Assembly: GCA_965644295.1 (NCBI GenBank)
Contig: CBFFRP010000359.1
Span: 1-18,315 of the forward strand
DNA: 18,315 nucleotides
Source: Paraphysomonas bandaiensis
Lineage: Eukaryota > Protista > Chrysophyceae
Direction: 5' to 3'
Made by a program: the position numbers and the translations under genes. Position 1 is the stretch's first letter; every line of letters begins with the position of its first letter. Shown here piece after piece: positions 1 through 10,300 of the stretch. The notes beneath the pieces were generated by a model. It was not told where the DNA came from. It did no database searches and saw only the letters and a list, made by a program, of their open reading frames with translations.

Positions 1-78
1 TATGTATGTATGTATGTATGTATGTATGTATGTATGTATGTATGTATGTATGTATGTATGTATGTATGTATGTATGTA
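1..78. repeat. (TATG)n tetranucleotide microsatellite, running off the window start
   Basis: About 19 perfect TATG units from base 1; explains the spurious MYVC peptide in ORF 6..491. Confidence 0.99.
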
Positions 79-152
79 CAAGTACGAATAGTATCTTCTA
101 TGTTTGTTGTTGTCTACGTCATCTGCCCATACTTAACATACTGCTTATCCAA

Positions 153-1373
153 ATGAAAGACTATCAAAGTGTTCCGTCTTTCGATTTAGAATACTCTCAG
201 CCGGAGGGGTCGAAGAGCAAGAGAAGGTATTGGATAACAGGTCTTGTCGCCAGCGGGCTCACTCTGACTGCTCTCTCCATCGGATTCATTCTATACGCTA
301 ATGGAGTTAACAACAATGTATTGATGTCATCGTCTATGTCAGTGTGTAAAGACCCTCACTATTCAAAAACTACTCTCAAAACCGCTCATGAAGGGTCGTT
401 TATTGCTCTTATGAAGGACACTAAACACCAGAAGAAGTTTGAGGCGTCAGATGTAATAAAATTGTTTGTAAGCTATCGATCTTTCTTATAATCATTACAG
501 GTTATTGTTGTAAACGATGATTATTATGCTGTTTGTGATAATTCTTGGGCTATTGAAAAGATTTCCAGTAAAATGACTCCATATTCGTCTGACAATATAC
601 AGATCGGAGACCCAAACCGCGAGAAAGATGATTCTGGATACGAAGCAATATTTCATGACGCCGAAACAGATTTATTTTACATTGTGCGTGAATCCGTAGA
701 ACTTGATTTGGGGGGACGTAGGAAAGAATACCATGCTATTGTAGAGGAGGTAGTTATCACTGGAGATGACTATACAGTCACCCGCAGCTGCCCTTCAGAA
801 CTAGAATTTGAGGGTGCATCTAAGGGATTTGAGGGAGCTGTGGGACTTAAATCTGCATCGGGAGAGATGTACATGCTCGGGCTCTGCGAGGGAAATCATT
901 GCCTGGAAGGGAAGCAAGGAAGGGATAAAGGCAACGGATTGGTGGTCGTCATGAAGCTGGAGACCAATGAAGATGAAGTAAAAAATGAACCAGGATGTGT
1001 CTGGAAAACCGTGCGAACTATGTCTATTCCTAGTAGTGCCTTCTTCCAGGACTACTCAGCTATATCAATCAATTCTAATGGTCGTGTGGCCATTACATCC
1101 CAGGAAGAGAGTCAAGTATGGATTGGGTACATCACTCACATGGAGGATGGGTTCTTTAATCCCCACCGATCAGAATTCGATAAAGTGGATTACAAAGTAC
1201 TAGATTTCCCGAGGGACACGAACTGTCAAGTTATTTATTGCAATATTGAGGGAATACATTGGGTTAATGATGAGCTACTGGTTGGTGTATCAGATAAAAT
1301 GAAGGAAGGGGGTAAACAAGATTTCCGCTGTCTAGCGAAGGATCAATCAATACACATGTTTGTGTTACCGTAA
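153..1373 (+). CDS. Uncharacterised type II membrane protein with probable beta-propeller domain (SdiA-regulated/phytase-like); 2 exons, about 390 aa
   Basis: ATG at 153 (MKDYQSV). Exons 153-452 and 501-1373; the intron 453-500 (GTAATA...TTACAG) joins ORFs 6..491 and 573..1373 in frame as FEASD|VIVVNDDYYAVCDN. An alternative in-phase donor lies at 468. There is one N-terminal TM (YWITGLVASGLTLTALSIGFILYA) and recurring blade-start motifs FEAS, YEAI, FEGA, YSAI, IEGI. The fold call is inference. Confidence 0.85.
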
Positions 1374-1680
1374 TGCATACATAGTGCGATTGACACATAT
1401 CTGATTCTAGTTGTGAAATGGTAGAGATACATATGATACAGCCTTAACCAGAAGCTGCTAAATATGAAGGAATCCAACTAGTATTATTCACGTTTAATTG
1501 TTGATATGGGTGTAATACTGTCTAACATAGCCTTAGTAACGTAGGAGTAGACTGTATCTCAATTGAAATTTATAACTGAATCATTATAACGCCTCGTAGA
1601 CAATGACTGTATCATATGTATTACGCCAGTGTGTTACGCACAGTAGTAGTGAATGTCGTATTTCAATTGAACTAATCTGT

Positions 1681-2230
1681 TATCGTACTATTTAACGCAA
1701 CGAAAGCTGCTTGTGCGTCACCGCAAGCAAAAAGGTGCAGCCACTTTCAGTATGCACTGCAGATATTTGTTTGCAAGTGATAATATAATATTCATGTGTG
1801 TAGCAAAATTATTTTTATAGAGCATCTATTGTAAAAGTCTTCGCTTTCTGATATAAGCGGTCTTCATTGAAAAGAACTGCGTGTCATGAATTCAACAAAT
1901 AACAAATGGTGCTTTGCTGAGATTGGTTCCAAGTGTAAATTTACCATATTTAGTATCTTACTATATAGCCAATGTCCAAGATAATTTATAAAACTTGTTT
2001 CATGAACACATGGCAATGACAATGCGTATGATCACTGCCTAATGTAGTTTTCTTCTGACTGATGTCGTTGCATATAATATCAAGTGGTGAATGTCTGGTT
2101 ATTAGCAATAGGCGTGTCTTTTGTAGCAAAGCAATTTAACTAACTAATACTTAACTCTGGTATCCTACTATTTAACGCTAAAGGAAAGCTGCTTGTGCGT
2201 CACCGCAAGCACCAAGGTGCAACCACTTTC
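1681..2230 (+). repeat. Imperfect ~70-bp direct repeat, copies at 1681-1748 and 2161-2230
   Basis: Shared 28-bp perfect core GAAAGCTGCTTGTGCGTCACCGCAAGCA plus matching flanks; a few substitutions and a 2-nt indel. Confidence 0.95.
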
Positions 2231-2812
2231 GCCCTCCTCTGTCCTTAAGGTGAACAGCCCGGATGCTTGACTTCAGCAGGTAGCCCAATACCCATTCCCG
2301 GATGGCTGATAATTTGTCAAGGCTCAAAGACGTCTACACAAGTGACACTACTTAGTGTCCCTTGTACCACACAAGCATTTGGCTATGGCTATATCTGGTG
2401 ACTTTGTATGCGGCTCACGTTTGATTCCCGAATAAATCTCTCCGGTACTTATCCCCCACAACACCATGAAAAGGTGCGTCTCCGACTTAGTACAGCGTTT
2501 GATAATATCGAAGTACTGACACTGTTCTCAAAGCAGTGTACACAGCTGTAGTCCTCATCAAAATTCAGGAAAAGTCTATAGAGTGCATGATAACAATGTC
2601 TGCTCCTAATTGTGCCTTCTTCCATCTTGGTGTAAAAAGCCCACAACTTTGGAGCGTAATAATTCCATTCGAGGCAAGAATATTGAGTTTTGCTTATTAT
2701 ATTAAGAAATAAAATGCTGTATTTTCGGTATTCGAACTATAACCGTTAGTTTTAGAGTACAGTAGTTGAAAATGCAGTTCATGAATCAATGGTATGATAT
2801 GTATCAATTATG

Positions 2813-3090
2813 TTACAGAAACACAAAGACTTTGACTGTTGTATCAGATTTCGTAAATATATCTGCAGTCTGATCATTAGTCCCAACGTGATATGATATC
2901 GCAGTATTGAATAGTCCATCTGGATCAACATGTTCACGCACAAGGAGTGGATTCGAACAAACGAATTCCCAATTCGCCGCCACCCCCCGAATCCACACCA
3001 GTTCCTGAATTCCAGCACACATAGCCTACTACTTTCTCTGCATTGGTGAAGTTGATACGGCGCTTGTAAAATGGACTGTCAGGTGAGAGA
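2813..3090 (-). mobile_element. Degenerate Ty1/copia LTR-retrotransposon pol fragment (RNase H region)
   Basis: The minus strand reads LT*QSILQ (frameshift) AVSTSPMQRK**AMCAGIQELVWIRG...VREHV...HVGTNDQTADIFTKS. This matches the copia RNase H pattern ISWxSxxQxxVAxSSxEAEYxA...QExxWLR...VREKV...VxTxDQxADIFTK, with stops, a frameshift and an internal deletion. Confidence 0.85.
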
Positions 3091-4263
3091 TCTCATAATA
3101 CAATTTGCCACTTCTGTATTCTTCCATTAACAGTCATAAGTCAAATATCTTTGAACTACAGCTTTCAATTGCTCTCAAATAGCAGAACTCAACATCATTC
3201 ATATTTTTATAAAGTACTGAATTCATCACCTGAACTACGCTGTCTTGGCTTGAGGTTCATTAGACCTTATTGCTATATTCTATATCTCTATTGTTCTGTG
3301 ATGGATAGCTATATGCGGTCATAACTTAAGATGAGGTTTTCAACTCTAGCATATGGGTAAAACAGTTTGTTTTACTGAACCAAGAATTGACTAGTTTGAG
3401 TCATTTGTTATTCTAACAAGCATAGTCACATTTTTAGATTCAATAATTTTTGGGACGATATATATTGCAACCTATATATATTTGATTCTTATACTTAGTT
3501 TCTAGAGCAACACACCGCGGCCTAGAAAAAAGAAAATATTGTAATTATGTTCATTCTAAAAATATTCATTTTATGTCGTGTGAAGTGCACTTTGCTACCC
3601 CAAGAGAAGGTGGTGGAGTACACTCCCATGCCCATCTTACTGCTTTGAACAAGTGGACTAAGAAAAACACTCCGGTTATTACAACAATAGTGCGTGGGGT
3701 ACAATGCTGAAGACAGCTTTGAATCTCTTCAAGTGAAATCGAATCTGTGAGAACGTGTTCGTTGGAGTCAAGCCTGAGATACTCGTATCGTGTACTAAGG
3801 AACACACTTCAACTGTGTAATATAGCATAGTGATAGATACAAACACTATCAAAGTGCAGTGAGAATGAAGAGGCTCAACGCTTCAGGAGATGGAAAGGAT
3901 TCCATACACCTTCGTCTATGAAATAAAAGAAACACGATAGGCAAATACCATTAATAACATCGATACGTTGCAGAGTGTTTGATATCTATAGATACATACG
4001 CTGTTCACATTCATCAGTTCCATTATCGTCACTCTTGACATATCCTTATACACTTACTCAATAGCATATCATAGATCATAGATATCCTAGTAACGCTAAG
4101 TATTATGTGATGCCGCTTTATCTAGATATGTACACAGCATGACTATAATCAATCACTGTACAGGAATCTGATGATAGGAGTGACAATGTCTGGAAAGTAA
4201 TTATATATATTCCAAAATAAAAGGGTCAAAATAAGAAGTCTGCGCGGTGCTACGGCCCGTATG

Positions 4264-4356
4264 GCAGAATTCGTCTAGTGGTTAGGACAACACGTTGTGG
4301 AGCCTACAACGTGGCGAAAGTCCGTGTAAACCTGGGTTCGATTCCCAGATTCTGCA
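4264..4356 (+). tRNA. trnH-GUG: tRNA-His(GTG) with a 21-nt intron at canonical position 37/38 (4301-4321)
   Basis: Acceptor GCAGAAT/ATTCTGC plus discriminator A; D arm GTC-TAGTGGTTAG-GAC; anticodon stem ACACG/CGTGT with GTG at 4297-4299; T arm CTGGG-TTCGATT-CCCAG; T6 run just downstream. Confidence 0.95.
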
Positions 4357-4361
4357 TTAAC

Positions 4362-4400
4362 TTTTTTGTATTATATTTTTCTGTTCAGCACAACAAAAAA
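4362..4400. terminator. Opposed Pol III oligo-T terminators for the convergent tRNA pair
   Basis: TTTTTT at 4362-4367 follows tRNA-His on +; AAAAAA at 4395-4400 is T6 on - following tRNA-Leu. Confidence 0.75.
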
Positions 4401-4405
4401 TAATA

Positions 4406-4487
4406 TGTCAGAAGTGGGATTTGAACCCACGCCTACGAATAGAGCACGACCTGAACGTGCCGCCTTAGACCACTCGGCCATCCTGAC
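4406..4487 (-). tRNA. trnL-CAG: tRNA-Leu(CAG), intronless, long variable arm
   Basis: Reverse complement GTCAGGATGGCCGAGTGGTCTAAGGCGGCACGTTCAGGTCGTGCTCTATTCGTAGGCGTGGGTTCAAATCCCACTTCTGACA folds as a full cloverleaf; anticodon at 4453-4451. Confidence 0.97.
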
Positions 4488-4586
4488 TTTAAACGTCATT
4501 TTGTCCAAAAATTATAGTATATAAAATAAGTTCTTTGTTACCCATTGTGCAAATTCATAAAATAATATTTTGGGTTTAATAAATAC

Positions 4587-4594
4587 TATATAAA
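4587..4594 (+). promoter_or_regulatory. TATA box of the putative U3 snoRNA gene
   Basis: TATATAAA at -32 to -25 relative to the predicted U3 5' end (4619). The surroundings are AT-rich, so support is positional. Confidence 0.5.
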
Positions 4595-4618
4595 TGGTGA
4601 TAACTTACCATTGAAATC

Positions 4619-4823
4619 AAGATCATACTTGTACAGAATCTTTGTATAGTATTTTCTCCACGTCTATCAATTCAAAATAGACACCCAATCTCTATTTGAT
4701 GATCGTATAAAGTCGGTCACGCTTGAGCGGGAAGTTGATAATGATCTGCCTTCGGGCTGTCATTTATTGAAGATCGGCGGGTCCTTTGGATCCGATGCGT
4801 GAACCGGCATTATGAGAATAGAG
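4619..4823 (+). ncRNA. U3: U3 small nucleolar RNA (divergent)
   Basis: The 5' end AAGATCATACTTGTACAGAATCTTTGTATAGT resembles U3 box A'/A (vertebrate AAGACTATACTTTCAGGGATCATTTCTATAGT) and forms a hairpin. Then follow a second hairpin GTCTAT/ATAGAC, terminal stem CTCTATT/AATAGAG, box C' TGATGA (4697-4702), central stem GTCGGTCACGC/GCGTGAACCGGC, box B GAGCGGGAAG (4725-4734), a cUUCGg-capped hairpin, box C-like TGAAGA (4768-4773), hairpin GGGTCC/GGATCC and box D-like ATGA (4812-4815). Length 205 nt; T5 at 4830-4834. Confidence 0.85.
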
Positions 4824-5176
4824 CCCCCATTTTTATACCACATTTTCACACCTAACATATTTCACTTATCACCCTTCACCCCAACAAATCACACACCAAT
4901 CCTTACAACTTACAACCGGGTATTTCCTGAAGTCACATTATTGATTTAACTTCTTCTCTAAAACCATCATTTGGGGCTTGTATTTTCTCCCTTTCCTGAT
5001 ATACTGTACATGCTGACCTGATATGACGATGTCGTCTACAAGATGTATTAATAATCTGTACCGAAATGTCTAGCTTATTGCTTTGATTCTGCATCATACA
5101 CTCTGCAGAATCAAAGCAATGTTGAAAAGTTGTGCTCAGTTTGGCATACTGTATTAGACGTGAATGTCGTTGTGTT

Positions 5177-5423
5177 TGTAATAACCTGCTATTGGGTTAT
5201 TTTATACTATGAGCTCTCTATTGTATATATCATCAATCATAGTTCTCAACATTATTCTTCATTGCTAGTTTTCATTGTACATCTGTTGTCTCTTTGTCTG
5301 TTTTTGTTATATCACTGCATATATCCATAGTAAGCATATCTTATCATTGTCATCTATGTACAAGCATAAGCATATACAATAAAGAGCTCATAGTATAAAA
5401 TAACCCGATAACTGGTTATTACA
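5177..5423. mobile_element. 247-bp foldback/MITE-like element with 52-bp terminal inverted repeats
   Basis: 5177-5228 is the reverse complement of 5372-5423 with 4 mismatches; ends are TGT...ACA; non-coding AT-rich interior; no clean TSD. The inverted repeat is certain, the mobile-element reading is inferred. Confidence 0.65.
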
Positions 5424-6399
5424 TGTCTCACGGAACTTTTGATTTGCCGCTCGTTGCGACGACACTGGATTCGGTTATAGTGTGTATTTTCTTGAATGTC
5501 AAGGTTTGGTGTGATACTTTACTCTTTGAGCCCAGAAAATTCCTGTGCTGCAAGTGAGAAGTCAGAAACGATATAGTACGCCACCTATTGCTATCTCAGA
5601 ATTTCGTTGTAGAGAATACAAAGAACAAAGACGACTGCATAGAGTAAGAGCGGTAAATTTGCAGAGTCAACATTGCTTTTGAACTAGCGCTACTTTCACT
5701 ACAACATACTTACTTTTTACTTTTATACGTACTTGGAGTTCATGCATTTGAATGCCAATCCTCCGCTAGGCTCCTACTATTGTTAACATCATTGAGACTG
5801 AAACTTAAATAACTATTTGCTGTAGAATATTTCTTCTATAATACGTTGAAACGTTCAGAGAGGACCATTTCCGTGATTACTTTTACTTAAAAACTAGTAA
5901 TTCGACTAATCTACTTACTGCTTCGTACTGTAAAATATAAAGAGCTCCCCCATTATCCACTATACCAGTACTTGTAGTATGTGCTCCTCAAGGCTAATGG
6001 GGTGCGCGAACAGTATCCTATAGCTGAAAGAAAAGTTTAGTACACAGCAGTAGAGTTGTGTAAAATATAGAGCCTCTTAAGTACAAAACTTTATCATTAT
6101 AGTACATACGTACATACAGTACTAAGTTCTAATAATATGCATACAGATATGATATATCACACTGGCGGAAGACGCCGGACGGAAAAGGAGATCACTAACA
6201 GATGCCTACTATATTTTCACAGTTCTTACTTCTGAAATTTTTTACTTGTTCTTACAAAATATAATGTAACATAATCAGATGTGATAGATCTCCCAGTTAC
6301 AGAACAGTGGGAAGCTATTCATATAAAACGATCTACAACTGCCAAACCTGAAAAAACGCCTTTGAGTCACTGTTTAAATGGTGTTGATTCACAACACAA

Positions 6400-6825
6400 T
6401 TATGAAACTTCACCAATAGTATTAAACCCACAATCCTTTTGACAGCGTCCTTGCCAGTAACATATTCGAGAGCAATGATCGTATGCTAAGCAAGAAAAGA
6501 TTAGTTTGGAAGAGTAGAGCTTACAATTTACATCATTGCACATAAGGGGTAAATAAACTCCCGGTAGCTCTGGCAATCGTACATCATGCCATACACTCAA
6601 CCATGTGTAGTAGTTGCAACATGACGGCCGCCAAGTCTAATTCACGATGTCCATGTCCTTAAGCCGGTACCAGTCATTGTAATGAATATTCACTGAGGGG
6701 GAAGATAGATATTAACACCTCCAGGGTACTAGGACGTAGTTGGTCATTACCACCGAACCCTTCATAGAAAGCATGGATCTACTTGCCTCCACACCACTAA
6801 TCAAATCGTAAAGAATGAAAATCCT
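6400..6825 (-). pseudogene. Possible decayed multi-exon gene of unknown family
   Basis: Protein-like minus-strand blocks (DFHSLRFD*WCGGK*IHAFYEGFGGNDQLRPSTLE; NIHYNDWYRLKDMDIVN*TWRPSCCNYYTWLSVWHDVRLPELPG) are separated by short GT..AG-like segments and carry in-frame stops. No family recognised. Confidence 0.3.
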
Positions 6826-7333
6826 GAAGAGAGCTAATATATGACATAATTCTCACACCATTGGCAACTGAAGAATTGAACAAAACACAGGGCACAGTAT
6901 GAGTGGCACTTATATACATTTACTTAATGTCTTTGCTTCGAACTCCTGGCATAACAATGCATAGCTCTATCAAGTCACAGCATTGACACGATCTTATTAT
7001 ATAAGCTGGTAATCACATGATTTTCAGTTTTGTCGTCTGAAGATACGATCTTTCCCACAGAAAAAGATAAGATGTATATACTTTTCTATTGGAGAAAGAG
7101 TATGTGGATACAGTAGTAGTATATGGTACGTACTGCTACAGCTACATACAGCAGTATATGGTGAGACAAAAAAACATATCAAAGCAGCTGTTTTGTGGTA
7201 TTTTTGTGCATGTTGATACAGCAGATTCCATTAATTACAAGGATGGTATATTAGCCATCAAGACTGACCCTTATAAGTGTTATTCTAATAGAAGAATAAA
7301 GAGGGGTAATCTATTGTTTTGGCAATATTGTAT

Positions 7334-10300
7334 ATGTCTCGTACCTCTGCACCTGATTCTGTTGAAATGCAACGACCAGCAAGCCCTGCTAGTGTTGTAA
7401 GTGATGAGGTCTATGCTGAACCATGGATTTCTATTATTAAAACACGTGGAGGTTTGTTAAATATGCTTCATTTATATCCTTTACAGCATTTTATAATTGT
7501 TTTTTTTGTAGATATCAAAAACACGAATGGTTTGTCTAATGCTATCACTACCACCAAGTACACTATCCTCACATGGCTCCCGAAATCATTATGGGAACAG
7601 TTTCGACGTATTGCTAATGTATACTTTTTGGGCATATCAGTTCTTATGGTATGCTGGAAAATTGTTTGTGATAAGATGACTAATGCTTTTGCAGCTTATT
7701 GGAACATATGCACCTTATATTTTTGCCACTCCCCTGGAGCCCTTCAGTACTGTCCTGACACTGATATTTGTGTTGATGGTTACCTCCGTCAAAGAAGGAA
7801 TGGAAGACCTGGAGCGAGCTCGGTATTGATATGTGTGGATGTGTTAGGTATGTAATCCACAAATTACAGGTCTGACAAAGACGAGAACATCAGTAAAGCT
7901 ACAATTATCACATTCGATCGGACCGGCCAACCTGTAGAGAAAGTTGTTCAGCGTCAGCAGGTATTCTTTGTCTCAAGCTCTGCTTTCCGTACTAAGAACG
8001 ATATTAGATTCAAGCAGGTGATATTATCAAGCTTACGGGACAGTGCGCTGTTCCTGCTGATGTTCTACTTATAATGACTTCGTACTATGATGATGGCAAC
8101 CAATGCTATGTGGAGACTGCCAACATCGACGGCGAAACGAATCTTAAGCTAAAAGAAGCTCCCGCACAGCTAATGGAACTTATTGGGAATGATCCCACTC
8201 CAAGAGAGGCACTATTCCGTGGGCATTTAGAATTTGAGCCCCCAAACAAAAATATTCACAACTTTATCGGCGCCCTCCACTTGGAATGCATGCAGGACCC
8301 TATCTCTCTGGGATCCGACAACCTCCTTCTGCGCTCCTCGTTATTTTCGAACACTGAATGGGGGTATGGAGTTGCTGTATACACTGGACAGGAGACGAAG
8401 ATTCAGATGAACAACCGACATGCGCCTTCGAAGATGAGCAAGATAGAAGGGTATGTGAACAAAGCTATTATGCTTATCTTCTGCGCTCAGGTGGGTGCCA
8501 CATATACTGCTTTTCATTGGAGTTTACTTATTGATTGCAGATGACGCTGGTTACGGTGGCCATTATCAGCATTTATGCCCTGGGGTACGACAACAAGAGC
8601 GACTTCCCATACCTCTACCCTAACGGTGATGACTCTGTCAGTATCCTTCCGCTTTGGCTAGAGCAGTGGTGCGTTAGCTTGTGAAGTCATACCATTTATA
8701 TTTTCATACCTGTGCAACATGTTCATCTCCATCCAGTGCCTATATTAGAGATGTTCTAATGTTTTCTTCTTCTGATGTTTTTCATGGTTAGGTTTGTTTT
8801 CTTCTTACTCTTCAATAACTTCATTCCGATTTCGCTGTATGTAACTATCGAGCTAGTAAATCTCGGCCAAGCGTACTTAATATCACAGGACAAGGATCTG
8901 TATGATGAGCCTCTCAACATGCCCTGCGCTGTTCGATCTTCTAACCTGTCTCAGGAACTGGGATTAGTTAGTAATATATTTTCAGACAAGACTGGTACCC
9001 TTACACGCAACGAGATGAAGTTCGTTCAGTTCATATGTGAAGGGAAAATGTACCATGTCGAGCCAAATTCGGACACACTCAAAAACCTTGAAGCGCTCAG
9101 CAACCCACGCGACTCCATACTTTATCAGTTCCTTTTATGTTTGACCACCTGCCATACAGTCATTCGAGAAAAGAATGGTACTTACAGAGCTGAAAGTCCT
9201 GACGAGTTGGCGTTGGTGGAAGGGGCCGGACACTTTAATTGTGGACTCTTGGAACGAGGTACCACGTCGATGTTGGTGGAGCTTATCGGTACAAAGCAGA
9301 CGTTTGACGTGTTGGCCGTGAATGCCTTCAATTCAGACCGTAAGAGAATGTCCATCCTAATACGTGATACCGAGACCGGCCAGCACTACATGATGTGCAA
9401 AGGCGCAGACAATATCATGCTCCCTTTATGCTCAATGAGTTCGGAGCGGCGGGCGGAGTGCGAGAAATCTCTGCTGGATCTTGCTTGTCTGGGTCTCCGG
9501 ACTCTATGCGTCGCCCGTAAGAAGCTGGACAAAGCCGCCGCAGAGAGTTGGCTGAAGACTTACCGAGATGCCTCTAATTCCCTCCAAGATAGAGCGGGAA
9601 AACTTGCGAGGGCAGCTGCAGAGTTGGAGGACGGCATGGAACTCCTGGGAATCACTGCCATAGAAGACAGACTACAAGATGAAGTACCAGAGGTGATTGC
9701 CGATCTAGCCAGGGCTGGTATTGTCCTTTGGATGCTTACAGGCGATAAGGAGGAGACCGCTATAAACATAGGACACTCCTGTAACTTACTTGAGGGGAAT
9801 ACACAGACATTCTTCTTGACTCGAATCGAAACTCGAGACGATTACCACAACAGATTGATGCAAGTAGCAGATGATGTCGAACAAGCACGACTAGAGAGAC
9901 AGCTTGCGATACAGAATGACGACCCCTACCACGACATTGCGCTCGTCATGGACGGGCCTTCATTTAAGTTTTTCGATGACACGAGTCGCATTCATCGGGC
10001 TAAGCTCTTGCAGATTGGCAAGGCATGTCGATCAGTCATCGCCTGTCGTCTAACCCCAGTACAAAAGCAGCAACTGGTTAACCTCGTGAAAGTTGATACC
10101 AAACCAAAAGCCACGACGCTATCCATCGGTGACGGTGCGAACGATGTATCAATGATCAGAGAAGCAGATGTGGGCGTAGGGATATTTGGTAAAGAAGGTC
10201 GACAGGCAGCCAACAACGCGGATTTTGCTGTGGGCCAATTTAAGTTTTTGAGGAAACTACTGCTAGTACATGGACGTTGGAATTACTGTCGCCAGTCGAA

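Noticed and set aside
1-78. Terminal TATG tracts as telomeres
   Set aside because: Both tracts have the same orientation, the unit is not G-rich, and unique sequence follows the right-hand tract.
6162-6178. GC hairpin CTGGCG-GAAGA-CGCCGG as a terminator or Helitron end
   Set aside because: No T-tract or CTRR at the expected distance; an isolated short stem.
2813-6825. TAG reassignment suggested by in-frame TAGs in relic sequences
   Set aside because: The intact genes (over 2000 codons) have no internal TAG, and the Myb-like gene appears to end in TAG.
7089-7333. ORF 7089..7400 and the TTG start at 7319
   Set aside because: Non-ATG starts in AT-rich upstream DNA; ATG 7334 is the plausible flippase start.
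9560-10216. Antisense ORFs 9560..9769 and 9992..10216, plus 13237..13662, 985..1203, 15084..15413 and 17409..17684
   Set aside because: Shadow or alternate-frame ORFs over better-supported genes.
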